Shown: one piece after another, positions 37,501 to 46,629 of the stretch
How the letters are laid out: each line of letters opens with the position of its first letter
Numbering within the stretch: position 1 is the first letter of the stretch
NCBI GenBank assembly: GCA_026014465.1
Contig: JAOZID010000010.1
Location: 838,303-902,302, forward strand
Direction of reading: 5' to 3'
Length of the DNA: 64,000 nt
Origin: Candidatus Bathyarchaeota archaeon
GTDB taxonomy: Archaea; Thermoproteota; Bathyarchaeia; Bathyarchaeales; Bathycorpusculaceae
The notes under the pieces: model-generated
Told to the model about the DNA's origin: nothing
What the model saw: the letters and a program-made list of their open reading frames with translations, nothing else
The model's database searches: none
Position numbers and translations under genes: made by a program

Positions 37501-38332
37501 CTCAAAGGCGCTCTTTTGATAAGAACTATCTCAAACAAGAATTTGATAAGCTAAACAAGACAATAGCACAGTCTCTTGAACTTTTTCTGATGGTGGCGGC
37601 GCCATGGCGTTCTTTGGATTAAAAGCCGCGACAAAAGACATAGACATAATCCTCACCGGCAAAGACGCGCTAAACAGCCTGCAAACAGCCCTCAAAGTCA
37701 CAGGTTACCATGAACCAAACCCTGTTCAAATCACCAGAGCGTACAATAAAATGCAAACCAGCGCCATACTGGAAAACCAAGACGGCTTCAGATGGGACCT
37801 CTTCCTAAACAAAGTCTGCAACGCACTAACACTGTCCAGCAACATGAAAAGCAGGGCACCCCCACTCTACAAAGGCAGCCGCCTAAAAGTCTTTTTAGCC
37901 TCAAAAGAAGACCTCTTTCTCTTCAAAGGAATCACCGCGCGCGAAGCCGACCTGGATGACCTGCGAATTCTCGCTCAATCTGGACTTAGCTGGGAAATCG
38001 TGAGCCAAGAATGCAAAAGCCAATCTCAAGTTTCGGGCGTTTGCTGGGAAGATGCGCTTTACCAAAACCTGCTGGATCTTAAAGTAAAGTACAGCATCCA
38101 AGCTCCAATTGAAAAAGCCCTGAGGCAGACAGCTGAACAGAAAATAATTGAAAAAACCTTGCTAAGGCAAATCCAGAAAGGAAATCGCACCATCAAAAGC
38201 ATAGCAGCAGAAATCAAGGAACCACCAAACTTCATCCAAGACGAGCTTAAGCGGTTAGCAGATAAAGGGCTAATTACAATCGATAAAACAAGCAAGCCAC
38301 ACAGGTTCTTTTTAGAAAGGAAAACAGCTTGA
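37497..38332 (+). pseudogene. minimal nucleotidyltransferase-fold protein with C-terminal wHTH; reading frame broken at T5 run 37582-37586
   Basis: Frame 0 from TTG 37497 encodes LTQRRSFDKNYLKQEFDKLNKTIAQSLELFL. The track ORF frame continues SDGGGAMAFFGLKAATKDIDIIL, which is the G-G-x11-D-x-D NTase signature. One extra T would join them. Confidence 0.55.
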
Positions 38333-38449
38333 AGAACACCGTTTACACAATAAAAACGAAACAAGCTGAGCTACAGGAAACCATAACAAGATTGTCGGTC
38401 TGCCGGTCATAACAAGGCTTTAATACTGATTTCAAGAAAACAGTTTACA

Positions 38450-38680
38450 ATGAAGCTGACTGAAAGAGAACTGAAAATTCTGCAACTTAAACAGAAAGGC
38501 TTAAGCGACTATAGGATAGCCCGCAGAATGCACACGGACCCGCCAAACGTGACTCGTTCACGAAAAAACGCCCATAAAAAAATACTTGAAGCGGTAGCAT
38601 CCTTGGAGTGGGCGACAAGAACAGGATTAGAAATTCCGTTAACTAATAGAACAGATAGTTCTTACAGCTATTTCTTATAA
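38450..38680 (+). CDS. small HTH protein (Tfx/LuxR-sigma70-region-4-like), paralog A
   Basis: LTERELKILQLKQKGLSDYRIARRMHTDPPNVTRSRKNAHKK; ~55% identical by eye to 48145..48357. Confidence 0.65.
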   Translation: MKLTERELKILQLKQKGLSDYRIARRMHTDPPNVTRSRKNAHKKILEAVASLEWATRTGLEIPLTNRTDSSYSYFL

Positions 38681-39270
38681 AAAACAGTTAAAAAAGGAAC
38701 GGCTACTGTGCTTAACTCGGCATTGTGTAGTTAGCAAGTCCGAGAATGCTTCCAGCGCCTCTGGAGTGTAAATGGTAGGTTGCAGCTCATGTTTGTGTGC
38801 ATAAGAACCTAGAAATACAAAACGAAGCAACATGCTCCCGAAAACGCTTACAATCCTTACAGCCAACGCCATCCTGAGACATACCTAAATCGCCAACAGA
38901 ACAATTCTACAACTACGCATTAATGCCTTGAGAGCCTAAACACGATATTATCGCAAACAAGACATTTGCCTGTATCCCAAATATACGGGGCTATGCGATA
39001 GAGCTGATGTCTAGATGACATCGAGGCACCATGTAGCTGAAGAGGCGCGTACAAGCAGAGATTCAGAACCATTTATTTTTTGCTATTTTACTCTTTGATG
39101 TATCGTAATTGAATCCTGATGTTGAATACAAAAAAATAGTTTATTGTTTGCCTCACAAAAGAGACTTTTGATCAGCGTACTCACTGGTTTTCCTGTTCCG
39201 TATGGCGTACCAAATGTGAGGCAAAAGTTCGGGTTAACAGCGATTTTCTTTTGTGGACAACAGCTACAGG

Positions 39271-40431
39271 TTATATTGACGGAAATCTTCGCCTCAAATA
39301 GCCCTGTACAAAGTCGTGGTCATTTGCTAATTCAGTGCTTTTCACAATTTGACCCTCAAGCCTATCTAATGCAATCTTAAACGTCTGTTCGACACCATAT
39401 CCTTCGCCTGAACTGAAAAACGCACCCTTCTTTGTTCTAAATTGTAGTCGGCAGTGAATTAACTGATCACCCTTGAAGTTAGTGCCATGCGTCTTCATGT
39501 AAACAAATAATGTGCCCGCCTCTAAGGTTCCTCCGTATCGGTGGGTGAAAGAGTCGAAGTCATCCATAACTGCGCCTCGCTGGATTTCGTCAATTTCCAC
39601 GCCTTTTACTGAAAACTCCACGGTAAGCCTTTCCACTGGTTTTTCCATCTGCGCGAGCGGCTCAAGAAAGTCACGTTTAGTTATGATGCCAACAGGTCTT
39701 CCCTTGCTAACGATCACCAAAGAGGAAATGTTGAATTTGTGCATCTGCTCCTCAGCATCTCGCAACTTGGATTCAGGCAACACAGTGACTACAGGCTGAA
39801 CCATAATGCCCGTCGCAGGAATACTTAGAGCAGAAACTTTCTGGCCTACTCTTTCGCCAAATCTTTGCACATGTCTAGGCTGAAAGATATTGTCAATAAT
39901 GTCGGATAGGCTCACCATTCCCACGAGTTTTCCCTCTTTGACTATGGGAACATGCGAGATTCCCTCGCTTCTTAAAAGGCTTAACACTGCCCCTAATGAT
40001 TCGTCTTCTTCGATGACAAACGGCTTCTTTGACATTATTTCTTCAACATGCGTGTTGCCCCATTGATCCATTATAGCGCTATGAATAACATCCTCGTCGG
40101 TTACAAAACCTACGAGCTTATTTTCACTGTAGACTGGAAGTTGCCTGATTTCGCTCTGGATCATTAACTTAGCGACCTTGCTAAGAGTATCCTGTAGAGT
40201 AACGGCAGGCGCTGACTGCGTCAAAGTTTTAACTTTGGTTCCAGACGCATCTAAACTGGATCGTTTTATTGATTTTTGGGAAATAACGCCTTTGTAACTG
40301 CCTTTATCATCGAAGACTGCTAAAACAGGCGGCATCCCTTCTTTGAAACGTGATAAACAAGAAGAAAGCGTATCATTTTCCTGTACTTGTATGAAACCCT
40401 TTGAAAAAACATCTTCCACAATTTTAACCAT
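39271..40431 (-). CDS. four-CBS-domain protein with C-terminal HPF/RaiA-like domain
   Basis: Four CBS repeats in residues 1-280. Residues ~285-386 (LTVEFSVKGVEIDEIQRGAVMDDFDSF...LIHCRLQFRTKKGAFFSSGEGYGVEQTFKIALDRLEGQIVK) follow the beta-alpha-beta-beta-beta-alpha pattern and the ...AID.A.DKLERQL...-like ending of ribosome hibernation factors. Confidence 0.7.
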   Translation of the reverse strand: MVKIVEDVFSKGFIQVQENDTLSSCLSRFKEGMPPVLAVFDDKGSYKGVISQKSIKRSSLDASGTKVKTLTQSAPAVTLQDTLSKVAKLMIQSEIRQLPVYSENKLVGFVTDEDVIHSAIMDQWGNTHVEEIMSKKPFVIEEDESLGAVLSLLRSEGISHVPIVKEGKLVGMVSLSDIIDNIFQPRHVQRFGERVGQKVSALSIPATGIMVQPVVTVLPESKLRDAEEQMHKFNISSLVIVSKGRPVGIITKRDFLEPLAQMEKPVERLTVEFSVKGVEIDEIQRGAVMDDFDSFTHRYGGTLEAGTLFVYMKTHGTNFKGDQLIHCRLQFRTKKGAFFSSGEGYGVEQTFKIALDRLEGQIVKSTELANDHDFVQGYLRRRFPSI

Positions 40432-40535
40432 AAAAACACTTCAGCACTGTTATTTATTATCCTTGAGTAATTTAAGCTTAAGAGACTTAGGGCACACTCT
40501 TACATTAGTTTCTTAACAAAATTAAAGGGAGAAAA

Positions 40536-42176
40536 TTATTCTCCGCCCATGCCACCAGGCATTCCGCCGGGGCCGCCTCTGGGGGATTTAGCTGTTATAA
40601 TGTCGTCTACGCGTAGGATCATAGCTGCTGATTCCGCTGCTGATTTGATGGCTTGCTCTTTGACGACTATGGGTTCGATGACGCCGTTATCGATGCTGTT
40701 TTGGAGTTTGCCAGTGAATATGTTGATGCCCATGTATTTGCCGTCTTCTTTGTCATGTACTTGACGTAGCTCTATGAGTGTGTCAATTGATTCTAAGCCG
40801 CCGTTCTCTGCAAGCGTGCGTGGAATGACTTCGACTGCGTCAGCAAAGGCTTCCACGGCGAGTTGTTGTCTTCCGCCAATTTTGGTTGAGTAATTGCGTA
40901 GTTCTTTGGCGATTTCGATTTCGATGGCTCCGCCGCCAGCGACTATTTTGTTATTTTCCGTTACGTCTGAAATTACGGATAACGCGTCAGTTATGACTCT
41001 TTCAGCTTCATCAACCATTCGCTCAAGCCCTGCACGTATTAGAATGGCTACTGAGTGAGGGTCTTTGCATTTTTCGACGAAAATCATTTTGTCATCGCCA
41101 ATCTTGCGTTCTTCCACTAAACCCGCAAAACCCAAATCTGCCGCCTTTAAATCATTCAAATTAGAGCTCACTCGCCCTCCTGTAGCTCTCGCGAGTTTTT
41201 CCATGTCGGATTCTTTTACTCGACGTGCTGCCATGATGCCTTCTTTAGAGAGAAAGTGTTGTACCATGTCGTCGATACCTTTTTGGCAGAACACAATGTT
41301 TGCGCCTGAAGCTTTAATCTTGGTCACCATCTCTTTTAGTGTGCTATCCTCTTGGTCTAAGAAAGCTTTCATCTGGTTTGGTTCATGGATGCGTATTTCC
41401 GCAGTTATTTCGGTTTTTTCAATTTCTAACGCAATGTCTAAAAGGGCAATTTTTGCGTTCTCTATCTTTTTGGGCATTCCCGAATTAATGACTTCTTTGT
41501 CCACGATTATGCCTCTGACGAGTTGTGTCTCGATGAGGCTTTTTCCTGTCTTTTTCACCAGTTGTATGTTATCTATGTCGGCTATCGTCTGGTCTGCGGC
41601 CTTCTGGGTTACTTGTTTTACCGCTTCTAGGGCTATTTCTGCAAAGTGCTCTTTAGCACCACCCACAGCTTTGCTGCCCATAGCGGTCAAAGCGACTTTC
41701 AGCATCATTTTTTGATTCTCTACGTCAATGGGCACCGCGTTTTTTGCAATTATCTCGATTGCTTTCTGTGCTGCTTTACGGTATCCTGCGACAAGTATCA
41801 TTGGGTGGACGTTTTGGTCTAGGAGTTGTTCGGCTTTTTTGAGCAGTTCACTGGCTAACACTACGACGGTTGTTGTTCCGTCGCCGACCATGTCGTCTTG
41901 GGTTTTGGCGATTTCAATCATCATTTTTGCCGCTGGGTGCTCCACGTCCATTTCCTTGAGAATTGTGGCGCCGTCGTTGGTTATGGTGATGTCGCCTAAG
42001 CTGTCGATAAGCATTTTATCCATGCCCCGTGGGCCCAGAGTAGTTTTAAGCACTTCACCGATGACTTGGGCGGCCATAATGTTGTTTCGTTGGGCTTCTT
42101 TGCCCCTACTTCTGGTGGTTCCTTCCTTTAGGATGAGGACCGGTTGACCACTTTGGGTTTGTGTTAAATATGCCAT
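40536..42176 (-). CDS. ths: thermosome subunit (group II chaperonin)
   Basis: 546 aa, VGDGTTTVVVLA ATP-binding motif, ITNDGATIL, C-terminal GGPGGMPGGMGGE tail. Confidence 0.95.
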   Translation of the reverse strand: MAYLTQTQSGQPVLILKEGTTRSRGKEAQRNNIMAAQVIGEVLKTTLGPRGMDKMLIDSLGDITITNDGATILKEMDVEHPAAKMMIEIAKTQDDMVGDGTTTVVVLASELLKKAEQLLDQNVHPMILVAGYRKAAQKAIEIIAKNAVPIDVENQKMMLKVALTAMGSKAVGGAKEHFAEIALEAVKQVTQKAADQTIADIDNIQLVKKTGKSLIETQLVRGIIVDKEVINSGMPKKIENAKIALLDIALEIEKTEITAEIRIHEPNQMKAFLDQEDSTLKEMVTKIKASGANIVFCQKGIDDMVQHFLSKEGIMAARRVKESDMEKLARATGGRVSSNLNDLKAADLGFAGLVEERKIGDDKMIFVEKCKDPHSVAILIRAGLERMVDEAERVITDALSVISDVTENNKIVAGGGAIEIEIAKELRNYSTKIGGRQQLAVEAFADAVEVIPRTLAENGGLESIDTLIELRQVHDKEDGKYMGINIFTGKLQNSIDNGVIEPIVVKEQAIKSAAESAAMILRVDDIITAKSPRGGPGGMPGGMGGE

Positions 42177-42611
42177 ATTATTCTATCCTCAATATTATGT
42201 TCAAATAATATTCTTTAGCATCGTCAGCGTTTTAGGAATTCACGGGGCTCTCCCATATCTATGAGTCATGCCGAAGAAGACGGGTTTGACCTGCAAGAGA
42301 CTGAAGGCTTGATACTTTCAACTGTTAAAGAACCGCTGACTTTGTAAGTTATATATTGTCATACAGGGATTTAAACACGTTTAGAGAACAAGCGAGTACT
42401 AAGGTATTCACCATTATTGCTCTATTGTTAATACTTAACTATTTGTGCCTCAATTCCATATGTATTACTCGAAAAGAACTTGCGAAAAGACTGAAGCGTT
42501 TCAGTAACATTAAGTAATAGTGTGCTGTTTAGCGTAAGCATAGGCAATTAGGAAATAAGGGCGCCGCCATAGAAGAAGCTTAATGTTTTATGGCAGCACC
42601 AATTTTCAGAG

Positions 42612-42983
42612 TTGAAAGGGATTAACTTGACAAAAACTGATGATATTTTATTGGAGTTGAATAGAACAGTCGCTAGGTATCTGCTGGGAGTTCGCCCGTT
42701 TCAATACAAGAAAAAGACATATCATTTAATCGACAATTACGTTGCAGTACCTTACATGAAGTGTGATGTGTGTGGGACTTATCCGACATACGAGGTTTCC
42801 GTTATTGAAAGCAAAGAGGGCACGACGCTACGCGTGGGAAACGATTGTATTGATAATTTGACAGGACAAAACGTTTCAGAATGGTTTAAAAGTTTCAGAA
42901 AAAAACGCGAAAGCATCATGGCAAACAGAAAATACACTGACCAGCTACCACGAGGACAGGAACAAATAGCGGTTGCTACCTGA
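42612..42983 (+). CDS. hypothetical protein with CxxC...C motif
   Basis: 123-aa ORF (TTG start in track); CDVCGTYPTYE...GNDCIDNL. No family recognised. Confidence 0.4.
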   Translation: MKGINLTKTDDILLELNRTVARYLLGVRPFQYKKKTYHLIDNYVAVPYMKCDVCGTYPTYEVSVIESKEGTTLRVGNDCIDNLTGQNVSEWFKSFRKKRESIMANRKYTDQLPRGQEQIAVAT

Positions 42984-43089
42984 GCATAAGCGCCACGCGC
43001 CACAACTTAAGAGTTGGGCACAATAGACGTTTATTTAAAGCGCTGTTAAATCTTGGGCAGTCAATTTTTGTATACTAACCATTCAAAAA

Positions 43090-44145
43090 TTAAATGTTTA
43101 CTCGAAAGGCCCAATTCATGTAAGCGCTAATATCTCTCGAAAGCACCAGTGAAGGCTCAACGTAACAGTGAAGGCTACACTTTTGGCAGTGACCTATTTT
43201 TTTCCAATCAAAACCTGAAACGGCATCTTTAACGCCTTTTTTAAAGACCGAGACACTGCTCGCGTAGTCGTTGTGGACATAGCAAGGCAAAACCAAGTTT
43301 CCATGGGGGTCAATATTTATCATTGCCCAAGGCTTGCATTGCCAGTTTTTCTCTTTAGCCAGAACTTTTAGATAACCAATTGAGTTAACAATGGGATAAC
43401 CTTGCTGCTTCATTTCAATAAGCCTACGCGCCATTTTCGGTACCTTATCAATAGCAGCGGAGGATGCATTAGCATTGCAGTATTCATGTGCGACGGCTAC
43501 GGAGATTTTTGTGCCCAACGTTCGCGCTAACTCCACCAAACTTTCCGTTTCACCGATGTTCTCCGCCATCACAGTGGTGTTGATGGTTACTGAAACTTTT
43601 TCTTTCGCCGCCTCTATGCCTTGCACTGCTTTTCTAAAGCTTCCACTGACCCCTCGGATAGCATCATGAGTTTTCTCCAACCCATCCAAGGAAACATAGA
43701 CGACACCATTAATGTACTTGGCTACCTCGCCTATTTTGGCTTCAAGCAGCGTACCATTGGTTATCAAACTTGTATGCAAAGGCAGAGACCGGGAAAAAGC
43801 AAGAATATCCACCAAATCACGCCTAAGCAACGGTTCCCCACCTTCAAATGCTACTCCAACGGCGCCTGAATTGTATATCTGTTTCAGAATGGCTTTCGTT
43901 TGCGGTAAGCTTGGATCGGGGCTGGGTCTTTTCCAGAAAGGGCACATTTTGCAGCGAAGGTTGCAATTGTAAGTAAGCTTGTGCCCACAAAAGAAAGGAA
44001 CCTTCGCACCAAGCATGTTTGAGATTAAGACACGGTAAACTCGAATTCCTAGCCAGAGGGGTTCTACATATTGGCGAATGGTTTTTTCTCCTACAGGATA
44101 ATTAGAAATCCACCTACAGCTCCCACGGTAAATGAAAGGGTGCAT
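43090..44145 (-). CDS. radical SAM protein, HpnH-like (C-terminal Cys-rich DUF3463/SPASM-like domain)
   Basis: CNLRCKMC is the CxxxCxxC cluster. C-terminus is CKPWAMINIDPHGNLVLPCY...DWKKIGHCQKCSLHCYVEPS, which parallels the C..PW...G...PCY...W...C..C..HC..E pattern I recall from HpnH-type enzymes. Confidence 0.75.
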   Translation of the reverse strand: MHPFIYRGSCRWISNYPVGEKTIRQYVEPLWLGIRVYRVLISNMLGAKVPFFCGHKLTYNCNLRCKMCPFWKRPSPDPSLPQTKAILKQIYNSGAVGVAFEGGEPLLRRDLVDILAFSRSLPLHTSLITNGTLLEAKIGEVAKYINGVVYVSLDGLEKTHDAIRGVSGSFRKAVQGIEAAKEKVSVTINTTVMAENIGETESLVELARTLGTKISVAVAHEYCNANASSAAIDKVPKMARRLIEMKQQGYPIVNSIGYLKVLAKEKNWQCKPWAMINIDPHGNLVLPCYVHNDYASSVSVFKKGVKDAVSGFDWKKIGHCQKCSLHCYVEPSLVLSRDISAYMNWAFRVNI

Positions 44146-44453
44146 TAATTCTTTAGTTCTCTGTCTTCACTGTAGTTTCGGTCCTCATGAACTTCTTCTT
44201 CTGCCGCATCTTGTCTTTCTTGTTCACGCACGCTTTCAGCTTCTCCTTTGGCTTTTGCTCTATCTTCGGCTTGACCTTTTGGCGGATAAACAGTATCCAA
44301 CCAAACTTCAAACTGCACCTTATAATCAGCACTGGAAAAAGCCCAATCACATAATCCACTGATGACCTTGCCAATATCAATGTCGTGTTCGTCTGAAAGA
44401 CTCTTCAAAAATTCTTCCCACTTTGCAGGTAAAGTAATTGAGAAACTATCCAT
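44145..44453 (-). CDS. ribbon-helix-helix-like small protein with long acidic C-terminal tail
   Basis: From Met-20 of the track ORF: MDSFSITLPAKWEEFLKSLSDEHDIDIGKVISGLCDWA (beta strand plus two helices), then ...EDRAKAKGEAESVREQERQDAAEEEVHEDRNYSEDRELKN. Its TAA shares one base with the ATG of the radical SAM gene (TAATG). Confidence 0.55.
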   Translation of the reverse strand: MDSFSITLPAKWEEFLKSLSDEHDIDIGKVISGLCDWAFSSADYKVQFEVWLDTVYPPKGQAEDRAKAKGEAESVREQERQDAAEEEVHEDRNYSEDRELKN

Positions 44454-44611
44454 AAAATGAAATCTCCACACTCTTATTAGTGCTAACGTGTATTTAAGTA
44501 TCAAACGCACTTGAAGCGTTCAATTGCCGCCAAGCAGTAGACGAATAAAAGTGACCATGGATTAGGTCCGAGAAGGCATTTTGCCCTTGATGCCATTTAC
44601 TAATCCTCTAC

Positions 44612-44974
44612 TTACTTGAAGAATTTAGTTGCTCTTACAGAAGTCTGCGACCCGGAGACTGAGGGATTAATTTCATAAAACATGTTCTTGAAGAAATTAG
44701 TGGCTTCATCATTACAGACGTTGAAATCGTTAGTTCTCATGGAAAGTGCACAATGGTTCTGAGCGTTTTTCTCGATAAAATTAAGCAGTTCTCTACCATG
44801 GCCTTTACGTTTTTCCAAGCAAGCAGTATGTATATCTTCTAAATTACTGTAGAGTATGGTCCTAGCCCAAGACACCGTTTTTCCATCAACAAAAAGCGTA
44901 TACAATATTTCATCGTCTACTTCGCTTTCCTGCTGAGTTTCAACAATTTCCACTTTGGCAATTCTGTCCATCAT
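44612..44974 (-). CDS. small GNAT-like acetyltransferase
   Basis: 120 aa; ACLEKRKGHGRELLNFIEKNA resembles the R/Q-x-x-G-x-G/A acetyl-CoA loop. Confidence 0.5.
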   Translation of the reverse strand: MMDRIAKVEIVETQQESEVDDEILYTLFVDGKTVSWARTILYSNLEDIHTACLEKRKGHGRELLNFIEKNAQNHCALSMRTNDFNVCNDEATNFFKNMFYEINPSVSGSQTSVRATKFFK

Positions 44975-45093
44975 TTGAGCCTTCTCAGAATATAGTTCAC
45001 CTTTTTTTGTTAACCTGAAAATCAGGGTGTCGAGACCAAAAAGGTAAGCTTACCAATAAAATAAGTGGTGTCATATTTATTCGCATTCCACTC

Positions 45094-45621
45094 TCATAAT
45101 GCATTGCACTGTGTAACCCGGATTCGCAAATCTTTTTTCCTTTCAAGCAAATCAGTAACCTCGTCAAATTCACAGGTGTAATCCTTATGCTCCTTAACCA
45201 ATCTTTTTAGTCTACATTGGCTAAAGTAACCCTCGTATAATCCAAACAACAGTATCCCCAAGAAGCCTAAGATAAGAAAATCAGAGAACGCTTCCGCTCC
45301 ACTCGTATAAACTGCGAGTAGTATAGGGAGCAAGATTCCAATAGCACTTAGGTAGGATGAAATTGCGCCTATAAGTGCTCCCATAACATCTATTTTGTTA
45401 TCGTTGATGCTCTTAGCAAGGCTGGCTTTTCGTTCCCAAAGCGTTGCGGTATCATTTGATTCCACTGCACTGAACAAATTGTCAAAAGCTTCGACCGACA
45501 TATTGCCTGTTCTGTTGAGAAACGCATGGTTCATTTTCTGGTGATACGACTCTCGACTTTCTATATACTTCTCTTTAAGAGCGGTATTATCAATGTAGGG
45601 CGTTTTTCGAACAACAGCCAA
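45094..45621 (-). CDS. hypothetical membrane protein (two TM helices)
   Basis: 175-aa ORF. Soluble N-terminal half, then ALIGAISSYLSAIGILLPILLAVY and FLILGFLGILLFGLY helices. Confidence 0.5.
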   Translation of the reverse strand: MAVVRKTPYIDNTALKEKYIESRESYHQKMNHAFLNRTGNMSVEAFDNLFSAVESNDTATLWERKASLAKSINDNKIDVMGALIGAISSYLSAIGILLPILLAVYTSGAEAFSDFLILGFLGILLFGLYEGYFSQCRLKRLVKEHKDYTCEFDEVTDLLERKKDLRIRVTQCNAL

Positions 45622-45753
45622 TGCATACTTTGTGTTTTCAAGAAAGCTCTTTCCTGATACTTGGTCATTGAGCGTCAGGTTGAAGCGTGTTTGTTTTTGA
45701 CTTTTGATTATTTGCTTAGAGTTTTCGATTCTTTTTCACATAACTAAATGGAT

Positions 45754-45906
45754 CTACCTTTGTTCCTTTTGCAGTCGCAGTCTTGTTGCAATCTCTTGTG
45801 AGATTCTTTCGAATCCTACTGCTAACTCTGTGCTGTCAACTTCATCTATGGGATAGAATTTGCCGTCTTGGTCTATGAATACAAGCTCTAATTTTTTATT
45901 AGCCAT
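45754..45906 (-). CDS. possible 50-aa small protein
   Basis: Hand-translated MANKKLELVFIDQDGKFYPIDEVDSTELAVGFERISQEIATRLRLQKEQR; below track cutoff, no family recognised. Confidence 0.3.
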   Translation of the reverse strand: MANKKLELVFIDQDGKFYPIDEVDSTELAVGFERISQEIATRLRLQKEQR

Positions 45907-46075
45907 GTCTTTCAACTCTTGGTGTAAATTGCATACTGCACAGGTTCTAAACCGGGGGGACCACGACTACTTGGTTCCTTACGCAATCTTACCATGCGTT
46001 GAGGCTAGTCGGCTTCCCCTAATACCTTCCTTCGTTAGGAAGGGCTTAAAATACAGTTACTGTGAGTTGCTGCTA

Positions 46076-46219
46076 CTATTCTTTTTTGACTATCCACGTC
46101 TTTATCGCGTCTTCGACAGCGCGGGATAGGTCGCCTTTTTTTCCGCCAAATTTTTGAACTGTCTTTATTCTGAGTTGCTTTTCGAGTTCATCAGGTAAAT
46201 CTACGCTTATTCGACCCAT
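46076..46219 (-). CDS. 47-aa ribbon-helix-helix (CopG-like) protein
   Basis: Hand-translated MGRISVDLPDELEKQLRIKTVQKFGGKKGDLSRAVEDAIKTWIVKKE, the classic RHH pattern (beta strand ISVDLP, two helices); below track cutoff. Confidence 0.6.
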   Translation of the reverse strand: MGRISVDLPDELEKQLRIKTVQKFGGKKGDLSRAVEDAIKTWIVKKE

Positions 46220-46629
46220 AGTTCATCTTCGGCTTGTTTTTTGTGCACTGTGAGCCCGCATCCCTTATTTTTCTGATCTATTTGAGTTCACTTATGCGCA
46301 TATACTGTTATGTGCACAGTAGCTTATATACATATGCCAACAAGTGTTAAAGATTAAAAAAACTCCACACCCACTAGTATTCGTTTATCGTGGAATCCAC
46401 AACTACTCTACAACCATGACAATTTAACACTTTGTCACTCGTGCAGCTTTTCGATTACGAAGAAGGGCATTTGACAATAATGAAGAGTGATAAATTGAAA
46501 AAAGGCAACATAGAAATGCTTGTCTGCTATGCTGTTTATTGAGTGGAATTTTGTGAATCATCGCAGATATTTTGATTCTCCTAATTGTGGAAGCTGCATA
46601 TACAAAGGAAGCAGTTACGGTTGGGGACA

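Noticed and set aside
39150-39235. Inverted repeat ttgcctcaca...tgtgaggcaa downstream of the CBS gene
   Set aside because: The arms are only ~10 bp and ~60 nt apart, in an A/T-rich 3' region. It is most simply a terminator-proximal structure, and there is not enough evidence for an ncRNA call.
44145-44453. RiPP precursor peptide for the adjacent radical SAM enzyme
   Set aside because: The N-terminus looks like a folded RHH DNA-binding domain. The C-terminal tail is E/D/K/R-rich with no Cys/Ser/Thr-rich core, so a regulator or chaperone-like partner is more plausible. The coupling is kept as an observation only.
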